Below, piece by piece: positions 1 to 12,355 of a stretch of DNA of 64,000 nt. The stretch spans positions 460,875 to 524,874 of the forward strand of contig MNCI01000596.1 of assembly GCA_015680685.1 (NCBI GenBank). The letters run 5' to 3'. Origin of the DNA: Gnetum montanum (lineage: Eukaryota > Plantae > Gnetophyta). Numbering within the stretch: position 1 is the first letter of the stretch; each line of letters opens with the position of its first letter. Below the pieces are notes generated by a model. That model saw only the letters and a program-made list of their open reading frames with translations. It did no database searches and was not told where the DNA came from. The translations under genes and the position numbers were made by a program.

Positions 1-1767
1 GATAGACAATGCTTGGTACTTGTTTGTTCATGGTGTTTTACACTTCTTTGTCGACACCTCTCGAGTGGATTCCTCCAGACGTCAACAAAGAGGGACCAAT
101 GAAACACCACTAATTTTGGCCTAGCACTTTCAAATGGAAATGACTCAAGCCCTTTTGAAGTTTTGAAGATAAAATTTGGATAAGGCATGGCATTCATGCT
201 AACTTGGGAACTCACGTTGATGCTGGACGTTGTGGTCATGCTGCAGCATGACCTCCAATGTGACCAACTTTCACAACTCCAAACAGCCTCCAAACCGACT
301 TAGAATGACTTGATTTCGAACATGCAGGTCATCCCCGGGCATCCTTGGGCTCAGCATCTACAACCTCTAACTTCAGCTTCTAGAACCTCTAGAAAATTCT
401 AGTTCCAAAAGTCAAAAATTGCAAGTTTTCACAAGTGTTTGCAGGTGATGCTACAGTTTATGCTGTGGTCACACTGCAGCGTGACCACAACGTAACCTAC
501 CCAAAATAGCCAGCGTGACCTACTCAAAACCACTCAAATCCAAGCTCAAATTCCAGATTCCAGAGTTAAACACATCCAAGTAGCAGTCATAGGCTTCAGA
601 AATTAAAATTTGGTGTAAACGGTCAAGTTTTCTTTACTCACGCTAGAGGTCACACTGGGCATGAGTGCAGCATGAGTGCAATGTCCACACGTTGGGCATG
701 TTGGACGTTGGACACACGCTGGATTTCATGCTAAGCATGAGTGCAGTGTGACCACAAATCAACTTACACTAAAGCTGAACTTGACTCTGAAGACACATCA
801 ACTCATGTTGGAAGCCCTGGTTAAACATAGATGCCTCGAACAGCCTCAAATTAACATCTCAACATCCCGCAACACTCGATCCATGGTCAAACGAGCCAGG
901 TCAAATTTCTCTTATTGTACATTTCATAGTAAATCCTCATTTGTGGGCATGACAAGCCCTCACAGTCTAAATTAAATGTACTTTCATGGGCTTGAGTGAC
1001 CCACGAGTTGTAAAATGCAATGTATCTGGTCAAGAACATAGCTTGCCAACACACATCCAACTCATGCACAACTATCCATTGGACACGTGTCACTGGATCT
1101 ATTTTCCTGTTAAATCCCAACCATTGATTCCATTCTAGAATTTTGCACCTGAGCTTGGCCCAGCCCTATAAATACCCTGTCAATTCACATGAACCAAAAA
1201 AAAGGGGGGGTTGGCAACTGGAGACATTGGCAATTCTGAGAACATATAGAACCAGCAATCCTTGGGCGCCTGGCACACTTGAGTCCTAGCATCCAAGGAC
1301 TTCTCACATACATCACATCACATCATCACCTCATGTCACATCACCTTGGGGCTAGGCATTTGACCTATCACCCATACGTGCAGCTACACTTTGACCGGTG
1401 CATACCTTTTTTCTAGGCAATACAATTCAATTCATTTTGTCGACCAATCATTATTTCCGTTTACTCTATTTTATATTTAGTTTACATTCTACTTACTACA
1501 TTCAGTTTACATTCTACTTATATTCTGTTTATGATCTTGTTTACATTTTACGTGCACTATTCATGTTTACGATAACCCCAACGCTAGCCGTAGCTTACAC
1601 TCGGGGAAGTCCTTGGTTGATTTGCGTGTAAACCATCCAAGGCACTCTACCTTCGTTCTCTTTTCCAGCTTGCCCTCAAGTGAAGGCAAGGTCAGTTGTC
1701 CCTGCCCAACGATCTTTCACTGTTTGTTTCCCCTTCCAACCTTACACTGATGATTTCGTTCAGTACA
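1..1767 (+). mobile_element. 3' part of a long LTR from an unrelated LTR retrotransposon, inserted into the integrase of element A
   Basis: Element A integrase (CGGHYAG...YYCPTIFRDA on -) stops abruptly at 1768, where the sequence ends ...GTTCAGTACA (canonical CA terminus). TATAAATA at 1167-1174 and repeated palindromes at 234-253 and 464-489; no credible ORF. The 5' end lies outside the window. Confidence 0.65.
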
Positions 1768-4700
1768 TGCATCCCTAAAGATTGTGGGGCAATAATATCC
1801 TACAAATAAGATCTTAATGGTTGTGCATCGTCCAGCATAGTGGCCCCCACAAGGACCCTCGTGAGCATCTTGGAGAGCGTGTAATGTATCATCATCAGGG
1901 ACACACCATTAAACTAGGCCATCTGTACACACCTTATAAAGGTGGCCATTAATCTCCATGAAGCACTTGGCCTTATGGAGAAACTGTTGTTTCTACCAAT
2001 GTTTCCACTCCTTTGGCAATTCCTGAGTTGTGAGATAGGTGAGGATGTGGCTGAACCAAGGTGATTCCTTGGGCACCTGCGGATCGACCACTCCCGCAAA
2101 GAGAAGTTCATCAGGGAATTGGTCGAAGAGGGGCTCCTCCTCTTCTATGTCATCCCATCGCAACCGAGACAAGTGGTCAGCAACCACATTCTCGATTCCC
2201 TTCCGATCTACCATAGTGAGGTCAAATTCTTGAAGAATCGCTAGCCACCATATGATACGGGGGCTCACCATTGGTTTGTTCATCAGGAACTAGATGACAC
2301 TGTGGTTGGTATGCACGAACACCTTATACCCAAGCACATAGTGTCGAAATTTTTCCCAAGCGAACACCATCACCATCAACTCATTTTTGGTGGTGGTGTA
2401 ATTAAGCTGGGCACCCAAAATGCTATGGCTTGTATAGTGAATATAGTATGGGCATTTTTTATCATCACACTAGGTAAGCACAGCTACCAATGCATACTTG
2501 GATGCATTTGTCATGATGTGGTAAGGTCTAGACCAATCAGGTGCCCGTAGAACTAGAGTTTCTATTTAAAAGTTTGGAATGGTGATTCAAATTCCTTGGT
2601 CTAGAAAAATAGAGCATCTTTCTTTGTGAGTTTCACCAATGACTTGATGATTTTTGAGAAATTTTCAATGAAGCGTCGGTAGTAACTAGTGTGGCCAAGG
2701 AATGATTGAACGTCTTTTACAGTGCTTGGTTGTCGGGTGATTCCTTAGATGATCCTAATTTTTTCAAGATCCACGCTAATCCATATCTGTGAATATGGTG
2801 CCCCAGCACAATGCCCTCTTGGACCATTAAGTGGCTTTTCTACCAGTTGAGCTGTAGGTTAGTGTCCACACATCTTTTCAGAACTTGCTCAAAGCGGTCC
2901 AAGGCTTGATCAAATGTGGCCCCGTAGGTAAATAAGTCATCCATGAAGACTTCTACCCCATTGTCAATTTGCTGCTAGAAAATGCTGAGGATAAGGCATT
3001 GGAAAGTGGAAGGTACATTACATAGGCCAAAAGGCATCTTTTTGTATGCAAAAGTCCCCCAGGGACTTGTGAAGGTTGTCTTGGCCTAGTCCTCTAGCGC
3101 AATTTGGATTTGGTTATAGCCACTATAACCATCCAAAAAGCTGTAACAACGATGCCTCGTAATGGTATCCAACACCTGGTCCACAAATGGGAGTGGGAAG
3201 TGATCTTTGAAGGTAGCCATGTTGAGCAATCAGAAATCTATACAGACCCTCCATTTTCCACCCTTCTTTGGCACAATAACGAGTGGACTGACCCATTCGC
3301 TATCGGCAATAGTGTAGATAAACCCTACTTTTAGCAATTGCTTGATTTCATCTTTGACGACCTACTTCAATTTGGGGTTCAATCGCCTTTGTGTTTGTCT
3401 TCATGGCTTCATGGAGGGATCAATATAAATCCAATGCTAAGAAACCCTGGGATCCACTCCTATTAATTCAAGATAGGACCATGCAAAAGAAACTTCCCAT
3501 TTGTTCACCACCTTTAGCAATTTCTTCTTTTGTTTAGGAGCAAGGGTGGCATTGATAATCACCGGTTTCCCATTCTACAAAAAATGCATATTCTAGGTGG
3601 GCCGATAAGGGCATAAGTTCCAAGGGCTCTTGTTTGAAACTTTCAGGGATTTGCAACTTTCCCCAATCATCATGGTCATCAATAGTGGATACTTGTTGAT
3701 GAACCTTTTCCAACTGGTCCATGCTTTCTATGTAGGCTCATACAAGCTCCTCAGATGGTTCCATGCATAGAGTGCTACTAGCAGGATCAGCGATCAGCCA
3801 CTAGGTGCCTTCTTGAGTTGTGGATGTTGCGTACAGGTATTGTTGGACTTGAGATTCCTCGGTACACTGACTGCATGCTTGAATAGATGTCTGCTTAGCA
3901 GACCACAGCTGTTGCACACAATTGCACCCAGAGTCACTGTATGCGATGAATAGAATGCGCTTCTTCTCGATTTTTCCAAAAGGATTTTCCTTTGAAATTT
4001 CAAGGGAAAGATCTTAGAGTCCTAGTCTCGCATCCACCATGCTCAACCAGGCTCTTCCCATTATGATTGGGAATTTCCCCTTGCAATTCTCAACATGGAT
4101 GACAAGGAAATCAATAGGATAGGACCACCCACAAATGGTGATCACAATGTCCTCCACCAATCCCAAGGAAATAGTAATGGATTAGTCTACCAGTTTGAGT
4201 TGAATGTTGCTCTTCTTTAATGGGGGCAAGTTCCAATTCTTGTACATGTCATATGAAATCAAATTGACTCCTGACCCCGAATCCAGAAGGGCTTTACATG
4301 GCTCATTTCCTACCACCTGAAGATAGCTGAGGGGACTCCCCGAATCAGCCAATTTTTGGGGAAGATGGCCTACCTTTATCCAATTGATCACTACGTGTGT
4401 GAGCATGACCATTTGTACATTGGAGGGCATTTGGTTTGAAGGTTGCTTGAAGGGTGGAATAGTGGAGGCGGTTTGAGGTTCAGAGGCACTAGCCACAGGT
4501 GTGTGTGAGGGTGTGCTTAAGTTATTAGGCTAGAAGAAGGGATGTTTTCATGGCTTGGCTTCAGGTCCACTCGACTGAGGAGCTAATTGTAGGTTGCCAA
4601 CCCTTGTAGCATTACATTGTTGTGACTATGGTGGGATTTCCCCTTACATAGGTGGAGAAGGTGGTAACTAAGTGGGGTACTGTTTAGTAGGGGTGGCAGG

Positions 4701-6881
4701 AGAAGGTGATGAAGGATAGTAAAGGTGTGGGCTTTCCCCCCTAGGTGATGGAGATTTTGGTTGAAAATATTCTAGGGGGTGGTAGTAATTCTAAAAGGTT
4801 TCATAACTAGAAGAGTCTCATGGAGAGATTTCTTGCTAAACGTAGTACCCATAGGGATCTAGCTGTCGGTAAGGGTACTGCTGCCTTGGAGGTGGCATCC
4901 CCCACACTTGTGGATGCTATCACTACTGAAAGTGTTCATAAGGTTGCGGTGGTGCTCCACTTGGATAATATCCTTGTTGCTAGTTGAACTGCCTGGGATT
5001 GCCTTGTGGGTAAGGCAACCTTCGGGGTGTTTTCCTCTTTGCCAAATGAGGGTTTCACGCATACACCCCAGACTCTTGTAGATGTGACACTATGGGGCAA
5101 CATCCCTTAGGATGTTTGTATTGGCAAATGTTACATTCATCATCCTCCTCTGTGTCAGAGTCTACAACCTATTCAACTACAGCAACTTTGGCCTTACCCT
5201 TATGGTGGGCACGTTCAGCTTCCTTCTTCCTACATCGATCATGATCATTACCCTGCTCTCTGGACTCCTCTGTGATTTTCAAAACACTTTGGAATTTTTC
5301 GCCCAGAGAGTCCCACATCTTATCAACCTTTGCCAAGATCTCAGAGTAAAATTTTTGTAGAGGCAAGGTTTTCCAGTTCACCGCTGCATCTAGCAGTGAT
5401 CCCTCCTTGTCTTCACAAAATTGGACCTCCCTCTTTTTGATGGAGGGATCCTGATTAAACTCCTCTACACTTTCCTTCTTTCTAAGTTCCCCCTCTTCTT
5501 TAGCCACTTGCTCAATGAGGCATTGCAATTGATAGGCCCTCAATTTTGATAGTCTTCCCTGGGCATATATGCCAAGGGTCTTTCTAGTTTCAAAGCAGAG
5601 CCCATCAATGATATGACGAAGCTATGCCCGCTGAGAGTAGCCATGACTAGGGCACCAATGTAACATTGAATAGTACTTGCTCATGGCTACATCCAAAGGC
5701 TCATGATTACCTTACTTCTAGCCTTGGATTTCACATCTCAGATTTGCCACTCTGGAGTAGGTTTGATACTTGTCGTTGAACATCTCCAGCATCGTACTTC
5801 ATCTCCTAATTGATTCCAGTTCCAAAGACTGGTACTAGTTCCTTGATGAGTGTGTGAGGGAATAGCTAAGCTTTTGCCAATCATTATCGATATTTTGTAG
5901 GGTGCAAGCATTATAAAATGCTTGCAGGTGAGTTTACAAATCACAATTGTACCACCCTTCAAATCTGGGGATATTTTTCATGTTAATGTGTTTGATTCGA
6001 CTATCTTTCAAGTGCTTGCTAGGTATCTGAACTACCTCAAGGATATGGAGCATGCTCCGAGTAGCCAACAATGGCTCATCTAAGTCATAGTCCTACTAAG
6101 GACCACAATTTCTATTATGATTTTAGCTACCTCTCCTTTCATGATAGTGAGCATCGCGCGATTAGTCACATGCTTCCTCATGCCATTCCCTTCAGTCCTT
6201 ACAAACACCATCACCTCACTCCTTTCTACCACGGTTATGATTAGAGTTTGAACTAGGTGAAGGTAGAGGGGAGTGAGAGGATGGAGAAGAAGGAGAGGAA
6301 TCGCCACCACCCTAGTGTTAATCTCTCCCTCTACTCTGATGACAACCTTGATCTTCTTGCCCATCTTTACTTGTGTCATGACCTCTCCTGCGTGATCCTC
6401 CATCCTCCTGGGGGTCCCGGTCACTTAATTGCTTATTCTGAATGATGGACTGAATGACCTGATGCCCCAAAGGAAGTTCAGCTGAATGGGAATCATGAAA
6501 GATAGGCTCCCCATCATCCTGCAGCCCTTGTAAGAACAAGGGATTACTAAACTGTTTCCCCTTCATGTGTTCATACCGTTCTACCTACTACTGATCTCAT
6601 ACTCGTTGGGCCTTAGTGGGACAATAGTCCCAATAATCATGGTCCTCCATGATGTACTCCACACCGCAGTCCTAGATGCCTAGTCTAGCAAGATTGTGAA
6701 ACAGCATTCCAGGAGCCGATCAGTCAGGCGATAGTATGATGTTGCCTTCCATGTCCAGCCATCGCGAATGTTCATCCTAATGTAGGATGATGGGGACATA
6801 TTCATCTAGATGTGTGTAGACCACTTGACATTCTTGTGGCACCAATGGGTTGGATTCATCTCGCCTATGAGAACAAGACAT
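1768..6881 (-). pseudogene. Degenerate gag-pol of element A
   Basis: Starts MSCSHRR at 6881. Protease ALLDSGSGVNLI; RT FLDGYSGYNQI and FMDD (ATG at 2944); RNase H region WLAILQEFDLTMVDRKGIENVVADHLSRL; integrase zinc-finger region CGGHYAG. Many stops. Confidence 0.9.
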
Positions 6882-7026
6882 GTTGGATATTAGATGATCC
6901 ACTACTTAGTGTACCTTACTTTTTACTTAGTCTGCCTAGCGTGCATAAATGTTACTATCCTGGGTCCATTCCAACGACATGAATAATAATTTTGCAAAGG
7001 TTAAGTTGTGCATGTAAGACTAACAG

Positions 7027-7044
7027 TCCCCAGCAACGGCGCCA
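7027..7044 (-). promoter_or_regulatory. Primer binding site (tRNA-Asp) of element A
   Basis: TGGCGCCGTTGCTGGGGA, 1 nt after the LTR end CATCA; near-complementary to the 3' end of plant tRNA-Asp, the typical Athila primer. Confidence 0.9.
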
Positions 7045-7045
7045 A

Positions 7046-7920
7046 TGATGAGCGGCAAGGTACCCCCTATGCCCAACCATGTGAATCACGGGTGTTCACA
7101 CGCAACTTGGTCGAATTCTATAGACTATAAGCACTTTGCATACACCAGACCTTAACTAGCAAAACCTTTTGTTAGAATGGTTTTTGTCTTCCCAACCTCA
7201 CTTGTGATTTTCTAATTGCAATGGTTAAGTAAGATTGAGGCAACTGATTTTTAAGGTTTTTTACTTTATCTTCTAACATCTAATTCTCAAAATGGAAAGT
7301 AAGGAATGAAATATTATGTAATCTACAATTACCCTAACCTATGTCCTAACTCTTCCTAGCATAAGTATCTGATCCCATCTTCCATGCACATCCTAAGCAT
7401 CCCCTAACCACTACTGGGTTACTAGACGTTAAGCGTCGCTGGGTTTCCAAGTGTTGGGTTTATGTTTGAGATGGTCATACATATGGCTTCTATGAACTAT
7501 ATAAAAGAGCGATAGTGATCAAAATAATCACAATAGAAACTTAAGAAATTATTAAAGCATAGAAATATTAAACTATTAAATGCATTAAATGACTAAGTCC
7601 AATTGCTACAAGGAATGCTTGAAAAGCTTATCTTTATTGTTGTTCACGCCAATGGGCTCAGGTACATCAACGCTCAAAAAAAGAGTTGGACACCTTTCTT
7701 ACACCTACTATGGGCACTTGGAAAATCTTCTAACTCTCGCAAAAAAAAATTGCAAGAGCTTCGCTACAACTGCCAAAAAGGTACCTAAGTGTGGCGGGAG
7801 CCCACTTATTTATAGGCCGAAATAGGCACCACGTAAAAAGGGCCACGTCGATGCATGTAAGGATGCGTCGACAGGGCCACGTCAACGTGGCCCCGTATAT
7901 GCAGCCTAGTAAATGCATCA
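7046..7920 (-). repeat. 5' LTR of element A
   Basis: TGATG...CATCA termini; TATAAATA at 7814-7807, about 105 nt from the start, as in B and C; U5 homologous to B and C. The start could alternatively be the TGATG at 8502. Confidence 0.7.
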
Positions 7921-8699
7921 ACCATTTAGCACTTCATCAGATAGACAAGTGATTCAATCCAACTCTCACACACTCAATCAAAGAAAACACACTCTCACAT
8001 GGATGATGATCAAGGCACATTACCAAGGCTCTATATCTCTCTACTCTTTTCTCATTCACCTCTCTCTCCCTAGACTCTCTTTCTCTTTTCCTCTAAACTC
8101 TCTTGATCAAATTGAAGGCCCAAGGAGTTTATTCATATCTTTTCCTCCCCACTATCTCTTCATCTTTCCTCCAATGTATCATTCAATTTAATGTCCATTA
8201 AAATCCATGGGAGACATCTTTCCCAAGTGTCAAGGTCTCAAAGTAGACATCTTCAAATCATGTGGGAAATCTTAGTAGAGACATCTACAACATATACAGA
8301 ACATCTCACTTATAAATGGAACATCTCACTTACAGATGGAAAATCTCCTCTACAAGGCCAAAATACAAAGATGATTGTTCAATGCTTGGAACCTTTGGAC
8401 ACCTCCAAACAAGTCCCCATAGCCCTCGAAACATTCTAAATTCATTAAAATAGCTCCAAAACACTCCCAAACATGCCAAAACTCCAGGGAAAGATCCCAT
8501 CAATGGAGAGATGTTACTTTGGCCTATTTGATGTCCACATCACTATAAGTTCTTAAAGTTGAGTATGTATGTGCCTCACATACATATGGATGAAATGACC
8601 ATAGCCAATAATTTTATCAAAGATCTTCATGCATCCACTAATAATTACTTGTTTTCTTTCCATCTTCAAACATATGAGGATATGCACATTCATGTATTG

Positions 8700-11600
8700 A
8701 ACCTAGAGCCCAATTAGTCAATAGACATAGTGCATCATGATTACTCTGAAAAGAGGGGCTAGAGCTCTTCTAGGAAATATGGTGGACCCAACTAAGCCTA
8801 GGGTTCTAACTTCAATGAGTAGCAACAATCAGTAGATGGTGGAGCCACTCATGGATCCATTACTTATTCCACTTGTGATAGAGTTGGGTACATCTGCAAG
8901 GATTATCCCAAGTGCCACAATTGTAATCAATCGAGCCACAAGAGCTTCAACTGTCTAAAGCATTTGGACAATGGAAGTTCTCATCAAGTTGAAAAACTTA
9001 CAAGTAATTTAAATGATCTGAGAATACATGCTTGTATCTATGCTTTAATAGACCAACTAGTTAATGCCTAGTCAAGCACCATGATGGAGTCGAAAGGTAT
9101 ACTTTTTAATTTGGTAGTTTTAATTCTTTTTTATCCTTGTCCTATTAATTCCTTTGTTGATCCATGAGTAGTAGAACAATTGGGTTTGGAGGGTCAACCT
9201 TTTTTTAAGGGTTTACTATAAGCACCATTGGTGGAAAGTTGTTTGATGTGGACCAAGTTTGTAGGTTCATATCTTTAGTGATTTAGAATGTCTACTGGCT
9301 CAATGATCTCAATGTCATAGGCTTGGGAGAATACAGTGTTATCTTGGACATGGAATGATTATCCTGTTATTAGGGTTACTTAAATTGTTATCATAAAACA
9401 TTTCCTTCAATATTAAATGATGATGTTTAGCTAACCATTTATACTAGGCCATGTAAGGTTAAGTTAGATCTTGTATTTTTAGGTCTTTTCACTACTTTTT
9501 ATTGAAGGATCATTCATGCTTTGTTGTTTTAGTTAATAAATCTCCTTCTTCACCAAGGATAGATCAAATTTTGGTTATTAATAATTCCTCAATTTCTTCC
9601 ATTCAAATTTTCCTAGTTTACCTTCTAGGAATAATCTTGAGTTTGAGATTGCTCTCAAATCCAATGTCAAATTTATCTCCAAGGATCCACATAGGATGTT
9701 GCCTATCAAGTTGGCCAAACTAAAGATTCAACTTCAAGAGCTGCTAGAAAAGGATCTAATCTATCTAAGAGTACCTTCCTAGGGTGTTTCTATTTACTTC
9801 ATTAAGAATAAGTATAGAAGTATGAGGTTGTGCATCAAATATAGGTAGATAAATTAGGTGACTATGAAGAATGAATACTCCTTACCACATAAAGATGATT
9901 TTTTTGACTAGTTGAGAGAAGCATAGGTATTCTTAAAGATAGATATAAAGTTAGAGTACCACTAGGTTAACATTAAAGAAAAGGATATCCCCAACATAGT
10001 CTTCAAGATATGGTATGGATATTAAAAATTTCTAGTTTTTCCTTTTGGACTCACTAATTCTCTTGTGGTATTCATGCATCTTATGAACAATGTCATAAGA
10101 CCATACCTAGAGCAATTCATCATTATGTTCATCGATGACATTTTGATGTACTCTTCATCAAAGGAGTTGCATGAGCAACATTTATGATACTTATGAATCA
10201 TCAATTATTTGCCCAACCTTAAAGTCTTCATTTTTGTGCTAGGAGATTCATTCTTGAGGCATGTCATTTTGAAGACTAGCATAGTGGTGGATCATGTTAA
10301 AATATCAACTATTTGGGATTGGTCAATCCCTAAGAATGTTGGGAATTTTTGTATCTTTCTTAGATTGTCAAGTTGCTACAAAAGATGCATTAAGAACTTA
10401 TCCTACATCACTTTGCCTCTCACGAAGCTATTATAGAAGAATGTTACATTCTTGTGGGATCCATGATGTCAAGCTACTTTTGATGAACTTAACAATAGAC
10501 TAATCTCAACTCATGTTCTTATTTTACCTACTCTAAGTAAACTATTTAACATCTACATTAATATGTCAAGAGAGGGTTATGGGTATGTCTTTATGCAAGA
10601 GGAAAAAGTAACAGTATACATCTTACAATAGTTGAAGCCTCATGAAACTCACAATCCCACATATCATCTTGAGTTAGAAGAAATGGTGTTTATCTTCAAG
10701 GTTTTGCACCACTATTTTTTCAATGGGTTGTTAACAATTTGGATTGATCACAATGGGTTACAATACCTAACAAGTCAACCATATTTTAACTTGCATCAAA
10801 GAAGGTGAATTAAGATCTTAGCAAATTTTAATTTTACCATCTATTATCAGATGGGAAAAAGCAATGTTATTGTGGTGGTTGCCTTAAGCTATATGGCTGG
10901 TAATCTTCATAACTTAGTGATTTAGTCAAATGTGCTAAGTGAGATTCATTCAAAGCATCAACAACATGATCTTTACTACAAGAAACTTAGGCATTCTAGT
11001 GATGCTTCATTGGTGGTGGGTGTGCTTGGGTTGCTTCATTGTAAGGATCAAGTGTATGTGTCTAATTCCTTGAAGTAGCATTTATCAATGGAAGAACATC
11101 CCATTAGGGTCTAGATGCATCCTAGTAGTGACAAAATGTATTAAATGCTAAATAGGATGTACTAGTGGCTGGAAATGAACAAGCAAGTTAGGGAATTCAT
11201 AGCTAAATGCTTAATCTACCAACAAATTAAGCTTGAGTATCAATGACCAAGTGGCTACTTGTATCCTCACACTATTCTAGAGTGGAAGTGGAATGGAATT
11301 AGTATGAATTTTATTCTAGATTTGCCTCACACTAGGAATGAAAAGAATGCTATTCATATTTTTGTTAACTTTTTGACCAAGTATGCTTACTTTTTGGCAA
11401 TGAAAAATTCAACCAACATAGAGGATGTTGTATAGTTTTTCATTTCAAAGATTATTTAGCTACACATTATTCCTATGAAGATTACCTTAAATCATGATGT
11501 TAAATTCACATCTCAATTTTGGCATCCATTCATGGAAAGCCTAGGAACTATGATAAATTTGAGTTTAGCTTATCATTTGCAAATAAATGGCTAGGTTAAG

Positions 11601-12355
11601 AAAATAAATGGCTAGGTTAAGAAAATAAATTTGAGTTATGCTTTAAATTTTTGAATAGCCAGGATATTTGTTTTCATTGGCAAAATTTTCCTAAAATAAT
11701 AGCTATCAGGTCAATCTAAAGACATTGTTGTATGAGGTCTTATATGATAGGTCTTTTAGGAATTCCTTATGTTGGGATGTGATTGAGGATAGGCAATAGA
11801 TTATTATGGACATAATATTACATAGGATGAAGTATATCAAGGAGATTCAGAAGCAAGTTGAGACTATCAAGTGAGTTACATAAAGCATAGGAGAAGACCT
11901 GACAAGTTTGTGGTCAGTGACAAGGTGTTCATTCATGTCTCTTCATTGAAAGGCTTGATGAATTTTAGTCAAAAAAGACAAGCTCTCACCATATTAAATT
12001 AACATGTTTGATGTTCTTTAGCATATAGGAGAGGTGATGTATCATGTAAGTTTTCCTCCATAGCTTTCGAGCATGCATGATGTATTTCATGTCTCCATGC
12101 TTCAAAAGTACATCCTGGATGATAGTCATATTATCAATTGGACCAAGATATACATCCAAGTTAATGTTTTTTATGTGGAGAGTCCTATTAATATCTTAAA
12201 TCAAATGGAATAGTAGTTGAGCATAAAGAAAGTTTCCATGGTGAAGGTCTTATGAGCTATCATGGTTCCCAAGAAACAACTTAGAAGCTTGAAACTAATT
12301 TGCAATCATCCCATCTTGAGATCTTCTAGGAGGAAGATTCTTAAGGAAGGGATAA
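8700..12355 (+). pseudogene. Heavily decayed Tekay/Del-type chromovirus gag-pol (zinc knuckles, PR, RT, RH, INT, chromodomain)
   Basis: Tandem zinc-knuckle remnants at ~8870-8960; RT VFMHLMNNVIRPYLEQFIIMFIDDILMYS at ~10070-10155; integrase WKWNGISMNFILDLP at ~11283; chromodomain-like ESPINIL...VKVL at ~12180-12300; PPT TTAAGGAAGGGATAA at ~12341-12356. Confidence 0.85.

Larger units (their letters stand above)
1768..7920 (-). mobile_element. Athila-like Ty3/gypsy LTR retrotransposon, element A (5' LTR, gag, PR, RT, RH, start of INT; decayed and interrupted)
   Basis: tRNA-Asp-type PBS, LTR ending CATCA, domain order PR-RT-RH-INT, and collinear homology to elements B and C. Confidence 0.9.

Noticed and set aside
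1747-1767. CTGATGA hammerhead-core heptamer (also at 56159, ~57536 and ~62239)
   Set aside because: No correctly placed GAAA or stem II/III on the same strand; no retrozyme-type hammerhead is supported.
7921-8502. Alternative extension of the A LTR to the TGATGGG-like start at 8502
   Set aside because: TATA spacing and LTR length match B and C better with a start at 7920; unresolved without the second LTR or TSD.
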